Positions 48,845-62,854 of a stretch of 64,000 nucleotides of DNA are shown here, piece after piece; the stretch's first letter is position 1; the number at the start of each line of letters is the position of its first letter. The stretch comes from Strigamia acuminata. Lineage: Eukaryota. The notes below the pieces were generated by a model. It searched no databases and had not been told where the DNA came from. It saw only the letters and a program-made list of their open reading frames with translations. A program made the position numbers and the translations under genes. Where the stretch lies: positions 21,142,001 to 21,206,000 of the forward strand of contig OX442314.1 of the NCBI GenBank assembly GCA_949358305.1. The letters are read 5' to 3'.

Positions 48845-49842
48845 ATAATGCCTCAACTTATTTAATTTATATTTAATTCTTTTTTTTATGTATATCTGAT
48901 AATAAATATAATTTTAGCTAATTTTGGTGAATTTTTTTGCAGTAATTATCAAACAATTATGAAATTATAGAGCATTAAAATGGAAAAAACCTTACGATTG
49001 CAGATTTATATGTTTACGGTATTGTCAAAACGTTTGGCACAAAATATAACGTGATTAATTTGAAAGCACAAGCCACTAATATATTCACAATGTTAAAATA
49101 ATTATTTTTTTCTGTAATGAATAATCTTAAAATTTCAGTTTCTAATTCTACATTCTAAACAAAAAAGCTGAAAATTTGAGCGTTAGCAGAGTAAGAAAAT
49201 ATATTTATATATACATAATTTAAAATTTGTTCTTTTTTTTTTCAAAAAAAAAATAAAATAAAAACACCTTAAACTATATTTTTTTTAATAATCTCAATGT
49301 ATCTAATTTAATTGCAAGTGCTATTAATAACTACGTTTCATCAAAGGTGGAAGCAGAATTGGTTTTTAATTGTTTTTGATGTTGTTCTGTTGTCAAAAAC
49401 AAATAAACCCACCTGTTTCTCAATTCTCACGTCAAATACAGATCCGAAATTCATTTTAAAATGTATTTCAATTGACAAAGCACTTTTTAAAAATTAAAAA
49501 ACTAAAAATTTTACACACTTTAATCTCAAACTGCACAATCGTCAAACCAAGAAACAACAGTTTCCACATTAACAATTTCCGCTTAACTTTCAATAATAAT
49601 AATAATAATAATAATAACATTAAGCATAATATTTAGATATATTTTCATGTATTTTTTTCTTCGTTACCAAATAGTAAACTGTAGAAACATTTGACAATGT
49701 TATGTACAGCATAATGTTTAAAAATTCAGAACTTTTCAGTTATTCACAATTCACTTCAAAATAATTATCACCCATGATCTCATGATTAGTAATCTAAAGT
49801 ATTATAACAGAAAAATTAAACATTTCTCCATACAATAATCTC

Positions 49843-52102
49843 TTATTTAACCGAAAGCTGCGACAACGACCAGATTAAAGCTGTGTTTTCTTCTTTCAGT
49901 TTATCACAATCGGTGCCACTTGATTGAAGATCCTTTAAATATAATTAAAATAAATAAATAAAAAATAAATAAATAATAAATAAATAAAAATAAGCTACGC
50001 ACTTTCTTCAGCTTGGTAACATCCCTTTCCAACTGTACAATCTTTTCATCTTTCTTCTCGAGTAGTTCTAGCAGATTTTTGTTTTCTTCTCTCGCCCTTT
50101 CGAGTAGCTAAAAATAAATAAATAAATAAATAATTAATTAAGTAATTAAACATAATAAAAAATATTTTGATGCATTACCTCTTCTAGGTTTTCAGTGCTA
50201 GGTGTTTGAGGCCGGCCATTGGATGCTCTATACCACGACGATTCTTCTTGAGCTAAACTAGCGTTAGAATTCGATTGGTTGACGGTGCTGTCGTAATCCT
50301 GATTATCTTCATCATCCGCTTCCAAATCAGAAGGACTAGAAATTCAAAAATAAAATTAAAATTTCATAAAATAAATTGTAAAAAATATTGTAAATACCTT
50401 TTCCTTCTTCGCGCTGAAAATTTCGGTTCCGGATGAACACTTTGAATGTTATTTTCCCTGTCTACAAATTCGTTGTACAAAGTATTTTTTTTCGTTTCAG
50501 TATTCAGAGATAAAAGCTCGTCTTCATCCTCTCCAGTGCTGCCACCTGTGCTCTATAAATAACATTAAAAATTCATGATTCTAGTTGTTTTTCCTTTTTG
50601 TTTTTTTTTTTGAAATCGAAAAAATAAATGTACAAAATTTACATATTTACAAGGATAAAGCTATAATCCGGTTACGTGTCTCTTTTAATTCAATTATTTT
50701 GGAGTCAAATTTGTTTGCCACTTGAATTTTGATGCTTATTCAAATTTCCAGTGTTAACTCGGGCTGATTTATGATCTGGTTATTCTCTTGTGATTCATGC
50801 GATATAAACTTACACATTCTTTCCGACAAAGGAGTCACAGGAAACACCTGAGAATTAAGGCGGTGTATAATAAAACACTGTGAAGTCAACGTAACAGGAC
50901 TATAGTTACATTTTACTTTAATTTTCCATTGCCGACACCAAAATAAAAGCCAACCATAAACGCATTTAAAATTTAATCGTTCTGTTTAATCTTGAAAATT
51001 TTATATCAATTAATTAATTTTATACAAGGCAGAGGTCAATGTATGGTAGGTCCGCGAAATTCCTGGGATTCCAAGGGCATTTTAAAGGTTAACCACAAAA
51101 AAAATAATGGTGTAATAACGCTAACAATAATAAATAAATAAAAATAAAAAAGCACCACATGTTAAATCTGGATGTTAGAAATTTATAGCAATTAAAAAGG
51201 ACATTATCGCGGGCCAGTGTTGCACAACACAGAACAGAAATAACCATTGTGGATATTAAAAGCAGTTTGCCATTCCCAAAAACCTTTTCAAAGACATTTC
51301 ACAACATGTGTGATTCATTGGTCAACAGAAACAATAAACAACAACTTTAGAAGTGAATTTCTAACGTTCATAAAGGTCGTTTACCGGTCTCGGCATCAAA
51401 AATAGCAAATCTAATCTAGTAATATAATTGGTGCTAAATTTTTAATAGCTGATTAATCATTCTACAATGATTTATTCGTAAATAATGGCTGTGTTAAACC
51501 GTTTAAACACAAAAAAACGATTAAAAATTGATGAAAAATATAAAAAATTCGTAAATAATTTACATTTCTTATTAGAAATTCCATAAATAGAGAAATTATA
51601 AGTCGGAGATCCCGAAACATTATGTGAAAAAATGCGATTATGCGAGCACATGTGGCAGGAAATGTGCGAAGGATCGTTAAGAAAACTGCTACTGTTACTT
51701 TTATTAGAGTAATAATAAGTCTATTTGCGATTTGTAAAAATAATTTGATTTTTTTTTTACCTCAGTTGAAGGTAAATGAACTACACCCGTAGAACGTCTC
51801 TTTTCCCTCAACTTCCTTCGATCCCGTTGCTGCTTTCCCTTCGACATGTGGTTCGGTCGCGCAGGCCGTTTATCTTTGGGCCTCAAACTCGGCGGTTTGG
51901 GGCTGGCGTCATGTTCACCGGGAAAAGCGCCGTCCACGGCGGCCGCTGTAATTGCGCCGTCGTCGGCGGCGTCAGGCGCGGCTTCAACAGCCGGTCGTGC
52001 TGCATTCACGTTTCGCGCACGAGCAGTTCGTACTCGTGTTCTCCGCGCCGATGCTTCGTAATCTACTTCGAAATCTTCTTGACTCAATGAACTCGATGCC
52101 AT
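49843..52102 (-). CDS. PAWR: PRKC apoptosis WT1 regulator (Par-4)-like
   Basis: MASSSLSQEDFEVDYEASARR...KGKQQRDRRKLREKRRSTGVVHLPSTE/STGGSTGED...; C-terminal leucine zipper ...LKEENTALIWSLSQLSVK*. Confidence 0.88.
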
Positions 52103-52779
52103 ATGACGTCGTTTACCTGAAATTATTGACATTTTTTTAATTGATTGTTTTTCACCAACTTACTTTACTCAGCATTACCCGAACAACTTCACTGCATTGC
52201 TTCAATTTTTTCCTCCTTTTTTGATTCAAATTACGACTCGGTGGAATTTTGTATGGAATTATATAGAAATATATTTTTCGTTTTATCCTTTTGATACTTA
52301 AGTATCCGGGGGGTCGATCCAGTGGGTTTAAGGTGATCCGGATGTCTTGATCGAATGCCTAAATTATGAATAGTATTTTCAAGGTGGAACTTACGTAATC
52401 TCGTGTGTTTTTTAAATAGGGAATGAAAGGAATTTGGCTAAAGTTTGGAATGAACAAACTGAGGATGAATGAAAGGAGAGATTAAAGCAAGAAAACACAA
52501 ACCACGCACTGTACAGTATGACGTCTTTGCTTTTCACATCGATTACGTCGCCAGGAGCAGGAGTCGATGCTAACTCCAGTCGTCTACTGGTAGACCGGTA
52601 CTCCATCAAATTATCACGATTCACGACACATTTTATTTTTCAAATCCAATCTCAAAAAAATAAAATAAAACAAAAACAATTCATAGACAAGAAGATTAGT
52701 CCGATTTGGCTGTATAAAAATATTTATTCCTATAACTGAATGATAACAAAAGAATGAAAAAATGGTTTTTTAAAACCCG

Positions 52780-54272
52780 CTAATCAGTAGCGTCATTACA
52801 ACTCATATTTTGTTCAACTATATGACTTTTTATTTGTGAATCAAAACCGGAAGAATAGAGTTTGTAGCTTTTGGGATGCCAGCTGAGGCCACAAACGAAA
52901 TCATTATGAGAATCATCCTCATATCTAAACGAACAAGAAACAAAAATATTATATTTTTAAAAAACTTGATAATAATTCCTTATATAAATTTACATTCTTT
53001 CGCCCGATCCTTCAATAGAAGTGACGTAAACGGGAGTTTCATCAGCACAAGTCGCTATACAATTTGAACTGTCAAAATAAAAAAAAATTAAATTAAAAAA
53101 AATTTGTTTTAAAAACTCAAAACATTTTCAGGTCCTTACATATGAGGAGCGAATTCTAATCTATTAATCCGGTGTTTATGAACCTCCAAATTCAATATAG
53201 CTTCATTTCCACGTGTGTCCAATACGAATACTTTCCCAGTTTCATCTCCAATGACAACACAATTTTCGTTTACGGGATTCCACGCTAACGCCGTCACAAC
53301 ACGATTCCCCGTTTGTTTTCCAATTTCAACCGCCGGTCGTGTTAACCGTGAATCCCACAATCGCAAACTACCATCCTAAAGAAAAATAAAAAGATAAATA
53401 AATAAGTAAAAGCACAAGTTTTTAAACCAATCAAAATATTAAACCTGTGCACTTGAAATAAAGATGTGTGGCTCGCTAAGATGGCAAGCAACTGACCAAA
53501 TTAAATGGCTATGTGCATCTGAAAATGACCAAAAAATAAAATTTAAACCCTAAAATTTCATAAATTCCTTTCAAAAAAATAAAAAAAATAACCTCTGTAC
53601 GTCATGGAACTAGTACATGCCTCCAAATCCCATATTTTAATTCTATAAAATAAAAAAAAAAGAGATTACTGACTTAAATTTATTTAAGTATAACATCAAA
53701 CCTACGATCTGTCCCAACTTCCAGTCACAAATCTCGTGGTGCAACTTGCCATACTGACCGATTGGACTGCGTCATCATGATCGCAACAATAAGCAACACT
53801 CGCGAGTAAATTCGAATCGCCCGCTGCTGAATCTTCGATCACTTCGATGTACTCAACAGATCCTACAACAAAACAAACCGCCGTTAAAAGCGACCGGTGT
53901 GTGATTGTGCGCGACATAATTACCCGAATCCAGCGCCAACACGGCTTTCTTTTCACTAAACACAATCGCATCACGTATACCGCATTCCAATTCACGTCCA
54001 GTTGTGCATTTTAGTATGTCGGGAGCGGCGTCGGAGTCCTCGAAACGCCAAACAGAACCGTTCCAATACCTCCATGTCAAATTTGACGTGCCGACAAACA
54101 ACGGGCCCTCTGGAAGTGGAATTTGAAATTTAAAAAAGGTTAAATTAGAGAATATTAGGGTTTCAAATTGGATTTAACCTTTCCAGTGTTTTAATACGTC
54201 TATATGGGCACCCATCTGTGCGGGAATTTGACTGCACATAATAGAATCCGGATCTAAATCTTCAACAACCAT
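52780..54272 (-). CDS. WDR77: Methylosome protein 50 (WD40)
   Basis: IPAQMGAHID...GPLFVGTSNLTWRYWNGSVWRF...ALDSG/SVE...DHDDAVQSVS...VTGSWDR/RIKIWDL...LRLWDSR...HNDFVCGLSWHP...SSGFDS; this is the MEP50-type N-terminal pattern. Confidence 0.85.
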
Positions 54273-54573
54273 GTGCACAGACTAACACGAGCATGGAGGA
54301 ACGAAAAAATACGTGACTAGATCCTGTTCAACTTCCCGTTGGTTAATGGGCATTGTTCTGCTTCTAGACGATTGGCGAATCAGACGGATTGTAGACAATA
54401 AAAAAGGTTTATTGGATAATTTATAATTTATATTTTCTGTTAAATTACATTTTTTTATTTGTTATTTTGAAACGTTTTATGCCACGTGCAACAAGGCAGA
54501 TTTTATTTTTGCTGAAAACGGAAAGTTTTAGGCGCGAAATTCAATTATTCAAATGCGAATAAATATTTTAAAT

Positions 54574-56100
54574 TCATTTTTTAACCAATGCGCTGTGAAA
54601 AACTTCAAACATATTTAAAAGTGATACACCGAGAAAAAAGCCAAGATTGCCTGCCAAACTGGTCAATAGTTCGGAAAATGGATAATCTAAAAACTCAGTC
54701 ACAATGTCGCAAAAAGGTCGCCACATTACCATGCTAATGACCGAGGCATTTTCAAAACTGCGATTATTTATAGTTTCCATTATTTTGTTATCAACTGTGT
54801 AAAGAATTATATCGCAAGGCCGAGGACAATTACATTTCAACTTTTCCTGCATGTCAATTTCATGTCGCTGGAAATTGTTTGCTTGTTCAAGAGTGTCACA
54901 GATATCAAGATCAACTGTTTCAGCATACGGCAATCTAAAAAATATAAATATAATACACACATTAAATAGAAAATTTAATTAATTATTAATTATTATGTCA
55001 TTAATACTTGCAAACAATATTTTTATTTTTAAACGTGTTGTCAAAACATTTGTTGAAGCAATCCACTACATCATCTTCTTTCAAACATGGCTTTTGTTTT
55101 GTATTAACTCTGTGTAACTAAAATAATTTGGGTTAACCATCATTTATATACTTCCATTTTTTTAAATTTACTTTTTTCATGTATAATTCTGCGTACAAGT
55201 ATTGATTTTTATTTAGTGGATCACCATACGTGTTGTATCTATAAACAGCTTTTGAACTGTGAAAAGAAAACTAAGAAAACAAAAATGAAAATGTCTGGAT
55301 TACGCAAATGTGAATACATAATTACCACCATATCAAAGTGTTTTGAGAATAAATATTAATCCCTTCAACATATATTGTCCATCTTTTTCTTCCCTTCCCA
55401 GAATAGATAAACTTTTCTTCTAGGTAAAATAAATAAACAAATAAATAAAACCTTCAGGTGATGCAATAATATTTTCTTCCTTACCACGATACAACAGGAT
55501 ACATCTTCCAATGTGGGTGTCAACATATGACATTTTTGCACTGTTTGACATTGCCTTTCCTGTCCTTACAATTACAATTACAATTACAACATACAATTAA
55601 AATTGTGAAGGAAAAAAGTTTTTATTTATCCACCCCTGTGTATTCCTTGATGATACGCACTCGTTGATCATTCCACAAATCAATGAGCGATGTATTAAAA
55701 GTTTTCTTCAACAAAAAGCATGTTGAATTTTGATTTTTACATCTTTGTGACAGCAGGGCATTAAATTTAAAGTATTGGGAACTTTTTGACATTTTAGGAC
55801 ATATAGTTATAGCTGGAAAGTTGAACTCTTCAATTGGCTCTACTGTGACAATAACTCCAATCGGATAACTTAAGAATTGAACAACTGACATATAAACTTG
55901 CCAGTTGCCACACGCATAATCCGTAGCTTATGCATAATGCCAATAGCCAAAACAGTTTCTGAATAAAATTATATTGTGATCCAAACTTGTTGATACTCAT
56001 TACTGCTGAACTACTGCATTTACAATTACAAAAATGCTTGTTACACCGTCTCCTATTTCGATTAATGCGCCATAACTGTCTGGTGTTGGCATTTTTCACA
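54574..56100 (-). pseudogene. Divergent DEG/ENaC (pickpocket-like) channel with a frameshift at TM1; 5' end uncertain
   Basis: KLFWLLALCISYGLCVWQ, then a different frame SVVQFLSYPIGV...FPAITICP; THIGRC; CNCPRPC; TM2 LAGNLGFFLGVSLL (GxS filter); duplication ttgcca-g-ttgcca at 55898-55910. Confidence 0.75.
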
Positions 56101-56673
56101 ACTTTACGTTTTGGTATTGAATTTGGATAAATTCTGTGCTGCAAAATCAATTTTAAAAATAAGAAAAGTTTAGCACTCTTTGAGTTTGTTTGGCTTGTCG
56201 TTATTGCCTCGTGTATTAAATCTGTAAACATAAAGTTAATTTTCAGTTGATGTTGCAGCATACTTCTTCGACGGTGTCCACCAACCGACCTATCAGCAAT
56301 GATCCGTGTTGAACTAGATTGAACCACACGTCGTTATTTATAACTCATTTACTTATTTATTAGCTGCTTATAATTTATTCACTTGACTTGTTGCTTGCAT
56401 TTTATGATGATCAATAATTGGGGTCTTTGTATTGAAGAATACATACACAGAGTATAAAGCATTTAAAAACCACTTAGCTTTTGCAATCAATTTCAACTTT
56501 CAACTTAATATTTTAAAAACAAATTAAAACAAAACAAATATAAATACTCGCTTCAAAACTTCTACAAATGCACTTGAAAAACTCAAAGGATAATTTCATT
56601 TTTTTTATTATATTAAAAAAAAAATATTGTAAAATGATCTGTACATTTTTAAAATAGTTTATTATACAAATTA

Positions 56674-59497
56674 TCATCGTCTATTCCAATATCGTTTGAC
56701 AAGATCTGCTCCCTTCTCTCCTATCATTATCGATGGAGCGTTGGTATTGCCGGACACTAAGAGCGGCATTATTGATGCATCGATTACCCGAAGATTTTTC
56801 ACACCGTATACCCTGCACAAGTTAAATCCAATAGCATTAGAAAAGAAATTAAATTTACAGTTGAATAACAATTATTACCGTAAATGAGGATCCACTACTG
56901 CTAAAGGGTCCCAACTTCGTCCCATTTTACAAGTTCCAACCGGATGATAAATTGTAGAAGTGTACGTTCTTGCAACACATCCCCAATATCCATCGGAGTA
57001 TGGTTTTTCATGTCGGCAGGTCGGATACAACGCATCGTGTAATTTGGCACCATATTGTTTGAACGCTTCGCTATAACCTAAAGCTATGGCTACTTTGATT
57101 CCTAATAAAAACGTAATTATTTGTTTTGCGAGTTAGAATGAATCATTAACATCTCGTCTTGTTATTTTTAAAAGTGAATATTTGGCTTACCATCTACCAT
57201 AACATTAACGTCTTGTTGATTTGTTAAATATTTAGGATCTATTAAGGGAGGATCAAAAGGATTTGCACTTTGTAAGCGTATAGTTCCATTGCTCAGTGGC
57301 CGAAGAAGAGTTACAGAAAACATGAAACTATCCTTTCCGGAAATTGGTTTAAAATACCCGTTCCAAAACTAAAAGAAAAAAGATAAGATTTTTTAAAAAA
57401 AGTTTCTTCCTCAATGTATCATATTAGCACCTTACCTCATCACTGAATCCCATTATTCGTCGTATTTGGCGCCCACTATCAGCAGCTGGACTCCCGGATA
57501 TAAAGTGGTACTGAATATCGGGCCAATCAATAGATTTATTTGCATAGCGTGTGTTGATAAAAGCTAACCCTTCAACTCCTCCAAGAACTGTTAGTGGTCC
57601 TAAATAACATTGTACAAAGCCATAAACGTATTAATTAATAAGAATAAATACATAGAAATAAAGTTTAATACCTCGTCCGAATAAACCCCATTGACTGACA
57701 TAAAAAGTATTTTCAAATCTTGACTGAACCACAGATACTGGTTTGTCTATCGTAAATACAATTCCAGCACCAATGTGGTCTTGCATGTTTTGACCAACTC
57801 CAGGCAAATCAACCACCACAGGAATCTATGTAAAACAAGACTTTTTTTTAAGAAAAAATTAAAAGTTACAAAAATAAATAGAAAAAACAATGCTGTTAAT
57901 ATAAAATCCTTACTCCAAATTGCTGCAAATGTTGTCTTGGTCCAACTCCAGACAACATGAGCAATTGAGGTGAATTTATAGCACCTGCTGATAAAATAAC
58001 TTCACGTCTGGCTTCAGCTACGAGTTGTTTCCCATCTTTAGAATACATCACTCCGACAGCTCGTTTGTGAGTATCGAACAAAACCTACAACCAATCATCA
58101 AAATGCACTTTACCAAACTAATTTCACCAAATAAAAATCTCTTAAAATATTTACAGACCTTCATAACGTGCGAATTCAACGACAAGTGCAAATTCTTCCT
58201 GCCATTCGCTGTCCGAATAAATGCTTTGGCAGTACTACAGCGTGCGCCTCTTCTAATAGTGCCGGGCGCAACAGTAAATCCCGTTTGTCTCGCACCATTG
58301 ATATCAGTTTCCTGGTAACCGAGTGTTATTCCAGCATCGACAAAAGCGCGAGCTAATGGGGTATGCCACGGTGCTTCGCTGACTGACAAATATCCACCTT
58401 TGCGATGGTATAACTCTTCATTTAAAACCAAAAGAAAGAAAAAATTACCATAGCGGCACTAACCTTTTAAGGAAAAATTCATTTTAGAGAATAATAAATA
58501 TCACTCACCATTTCCGGAAAGAGTAACCGAATTAAAGTCTTCAGATTTCAGAAAATAAGGCAAAACATCTTCGTACGCCCAGCCCGTGTTGCCTAATTTT
58601 GCCCATGCGTCGTAATCATTCTTGTTGCCTCGTACATACAACATGTAATTTATTGTGCTGGATCCACCCAATACTTTGCCTCTCGGCCAAAGGCATTGCT
58701 GCAAGAGAAACGAGTCGGTGTTAGGGTAAACAAGCTCTAATGACACTCTTTTGCACATTGATTTACCCTATTGGTCATCCCCCAGCATGCCGCGGGTTGA
58801 GGAACAGTTTTGTACTTCCAGTCTAAATCACTCAACTGCAAATAACCAGCCAATGCTGGAATTTCAGTAAATATTGTTTCGTCCCCTCCTGCTTCAATGA
58901 GTAGAACGTGAACGGAAGGATCTTCTGTTAGACGATTAGCCAGGACTGCTCCAGCAGAACCGCCACCAACTAAACACAAACATTTCATCAACATTTCCGC
59001 AAAAACAAATGAATATTGAAATCATTTCAGTTATATAATGTATCAAATGACTAAAACAATGACATACGAGTTCTATTTTGCTGTATAATAAATAGAACGA
59101 GCAAATTGGGTCAAGTTGAAAGGATGAGCAGGTCTGTTGACCTGAAAGATTAAAAGTATATAGTGTAAAGAAATTTTGTATCATTGTCATGCCATTTCGT
59201 GAATTTATTGAATGTGAAAAATCTCGGTTCCAAAAATTCAAAAATTCAGTTTTCAGCACTAAAATTTTATGTCGTGTGAGTTTTTCATGTAAAATCGTTT
59301 TTTTTCCCGTCTGACCCACAAGTCAAAAACCCAACGAGGATATAACGGTGCGACTCACCTATGACGTAATCGTAAGCGTCTGCTGCCCTTTGTGTTGGAT
59401 GTATTGGTGGTCCGTCTGGAGCGCGATTACGTAAAAGCAACATTGTTGTGATGGGTATGAGAAGAGCAATGGATGCAATTGGACTGATAAACACCAT
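56674..59497 (-). CDS. GMC oxidoreductase, glucose dehydrogenase [FAD, quinone]-like
   Basis: [21 protein letters not shown]...[82 protein letters not shown]...[16 protein letters not shown]. Confidence 0.93.
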
Positions 59498-61072
59498 CTT
59501 GAACTTTGAAAAATTCCGCCTTCAAATGTCTATTTAACAAAAACTTAATCCTCTCAAGTCAAGGACTCCGTGACGTCATCCATTCTTACAAACATTCCAC
59601 ACCTGCTCTACAAACTGCTTGGATTTAATATGCGACTCAAGACTGAAAGAACCTAGTTTTATAAGAAGCGTTTGGTCAGTGACCCAATGACGTCATTCCA
59701 CACACGGCCTCGTATTGGCTGCTACTAGGGTATAAACAATGGTATACACAACACACACGATATTTTGAAATGTTTTGTAGCCTCTAGTGACAATTTAAAG
59801 AATTAAACGATCTTGAATTTAGGAATTTGAGGGAAATCGCATCTGAATTACAATGGAAAAAAGTTAATGATGAATAGTTTATTAAATTTTATTCCCCACA
59901 GTAGTGAAAGGGGAACTTTTAAAAAAATGTAGGGTATGAGGTCATATTGAGGGTGAGAACGAGGTCAAAATAGTTTAATAAAGAGTTGTCAGAAATTTCC
60001 CTCAAGTGTGATGTCACAAATGGCCGCCCTCGCTAGTTAGGTATTATTTTTCTAAATAAGACTCACAAAAAATACATTTACCAGAACGAAAAAAAAGTAG
60101 AAAAAAAATGTAAGTCGTTAACCAGATCATTTCATTTGTTCACTCTTTTAAATGAATCCTTTCAGGAAATGAATCAAGATTTTTTGCTCAAGTTTTTTCC
60201 TCTTCTAAGTTCCGTATGGTAATTTTAAGGTGATTGATCTATTTATTAACTTGTTGATAAGTCATTTTTCAGTTTACGTTCAAAATTTGTCAAAATTGTG
60301 AAAATAATAAAAATTCTATTGTGTAAGGACATTTTTTTCCCTCTTGAATCAATTCTAAATTCTAATCGAGCAATTAGTCGTGTAATCATCTTATTGTAAA
60401 TAGATTCAATTACGTAGAGATTAAAGTTGAATCAGTGTGGCACGATTAAGAAATGTGGAATGGAATTACTCGCTATTCCAGTAATCAAAGAAAGAAAGAA
60501 AAACTGAAATAGAAAGGTTTGCTGGTGCTGTTTGTTATTCCTCATGTCACAACTAAGAATAAATTTGCTTTCCCTGTGTAGAAACTATCACGTTCAATTT
60601 CCATTCAAATTTTGAAATGATGCATTATTGAAGAAATACAGAGTAATTACAAATTTACTGGTGCCCATCATTTTTCATCTTGAGCAGGAGACAAATGTAT
60701 TCATGAGAAATAGTGCAGACAATTGAGCCGTTAGTTCTGCTGCTGCTTTTTGGATATCATTATCAATCAAAAAACTCAAACTTAAGATTTCAACTGCACA
60801 CACAGTTATTGATTTAGATAAACAAAACGTAAAAAATAGGTTAAAGTGTTTTTAATTAACACTATTCGCCGATATTTCAATTTGATTGTCTTTTTATCAG
60901 TCACATTTTGTTTGCTAATGTCAATTATCAATTATCAACTGATATCAAATTCACATGTTATACAATTATTATTATTACGCACTGTATAAGATTTTTTTTT
61001 GATAAAAAGTGACTGTATATAAACAAGTTAGAACAAAACTTATTTTTCATTTGACAACCCAATTGGAAAAAA

Positions 61073-61878
61073 ATGTCTAAGCTTACAATCCTGTTAGTAT
61101 TTTTAGGTGCTGTCACCATCTTGGCCGTTAGGGATAAACTAGTTCTTGAAAACTGTGGTAAGATACTGTAATTAACTCTTGCCTTATTTGAATATAAACC
61201 CGCTTTTTGCTGTTTTTGTTTTAAGGAGGAAAAAATGATGTGATTCAAATAAAAACTCTTAGCATCGAACCAATGCCGATAACTATTCCTGGAGACCTAA
61301 GGATTAGTGTAAACGTGTCGGTTAAACGCGACTTATCGGTTAAAACAAAAATTAATGTAAAATTATACAAACAAACTAAAGTTATATTTCCAATTGATGT
61401 GAAAATTCCATGTATCAAAAATGCTGGTTCTTGGTCCGTTATTCGTATAATATTCGTTCAGTATTTATGTAACATTAATACATTCTTTACGCAGTTCGTA
61501 CGACGGCTGTTCTCTTATACCACTGACACACGGCAAAATATGCGATTTTTTCCCAAAAAATGTCCAATGCGCCTGTCCGTTTAAAGCTGGAAACTACAGT
61601 ACGGTTAATTACGCGGTGCAAATTCCAGAAGCACCCGGAATCATAAAATGGCTGGCTAAGGTATATGTGACTTAGAGTTTAATTAATTGACTAACACGTT
61701 GTGAAGTTCATAAGTTTGTTTACCGTATAAGTGTTTAATTTTTAAATAATATCCTACATTTTGCTCTTATTATTTTTATTTCTAGGGTGATTACAAAGCA
61801 GAAGTGAGAATCCAAGACGAGATTGCAAATCAAGAGTTGGGTTGTTTCAGAGCTCTCTTATCACTGGGTAAAAAGTGA
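61073..61878 (+). CDS. Secreted ML-domain lipid-binding protein, GM2-activator-like, 4 exons
   Basis: Signal peptide MSKLTILLVFLGAVTILA...ENC/GGKNDVIQIKTLSIEPMPITIPGD...KIPCIKNAGSC/SYDGC...QCACPFKAGNY...WLAK/GDYKAEVRI...ELGCF...KK*. Confidence 0.85.
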
Positions 61879-62236
61879 TAGCAATTGTTTTATCAAAATG
61901 TAAATTATCACTACAAACTGCAGATAAACACAAAAAAAAACTTTAAACATTCATCAACAATAATTGTGCACATAAAATCCATTAGTTGGAATTTTAAATA
62001 TATGTATTTGTGAATAATATATTCTATGTAGATATATATATATATATATATATCTTATCTTTATAATACAGAGACAAATAAAGATGATAATAATAGGTGC
62101 ATTCAATTTTTGAAGGAAAAGTCACTTTCCTCGCTTTCCTTACTTTTAGAAAGCGGAAGTGACGCTTTTTATGACGTAATTAAAAAAAGTGAGTCGTGGA
62201 AAATGACTTTAAAGAAAGCAGATCTTGGGTCTACTT

Positions 62237-62854
62237 TATGGGGGGCCGAAGGTCTCAATATTAGTACCGATGCTATGACATGCCATCTGGGCATGACATG
62301 CCAACTCTTCATGCTATCTCGGCATGACATGCCAACTCTTCATGCCAACTGTTTATGCCAACTGTTCATGCCAACTGTTCATGCCAACTCTTTATGCTAA
62401 CTCTTCATGCCAACTCTTCATGCCAACCCTTCATGCCAACTTTTAATAGACCCTGACATTTTCCTAGAAGCCTCTATTTATCTTAATTTGCATTTTTTGT
62501 TCAATTTTCATTTTCATTTTATTTCTATTACTTTCACAAGAGTATGAGGATAAATGGATTTGACTTTTAAGTGTAGACAGTGAAAATTGAACAAAAAATG
62601 CAAATTAAGATAAATATAGGCTTCTAGGAAAATGTCAGGGTCTATTAAAAGTTGGCATGAAGGGTTGGCATGAAGAGTTGGCATGAAGAGTTAGCATAAA
62701 GAGTTGGCATGAACAGTTGGCATGAACAGTTGGCATAAACAGTTGGCATGAAGAGTTGGCATGTCATGCCGAGATAGCATGAAGAGTTGGCATGTCATGC
62801 CCAGATGGCATGTCATAGCATAGGTACTAATATTGAGACCTTCGGCCCCCCATA
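62237..62854. mobile_element. 618-bp foldback element: 274-bp inverted arms with 13-bp internal tandem repeats, 70-bp spacer, flanked by CTACTT direct repeats
   Basis: Arms 62237-62510 and 62581-62854 are near-perfect reverse complements; repeat unit catgccaactctt; ctactt at 62231-62236 and 62855-62860. Confidence 0.88.

Noticed and set aside
51776..52140. Alternative-frame and antisense ORFs over the GC-rich PAWR exon
   Set aside because: Expected from high GC content; only the PAWR frame carries conserved motifs
54282..54353. Upstream ATG ORF (MPINQREVEQDL...) before WDR77
   Set aside because: It stops after 23 codons and the MEP50-like sequence starts at 54272; at most a uORF
56674..59497. 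Assigning a specific substrate (e.g. a defensive-chemistry oxidase) to the GMC enzyme
   Set aside because: GMC motifs do not determine substrate; a phylogeny would be needed
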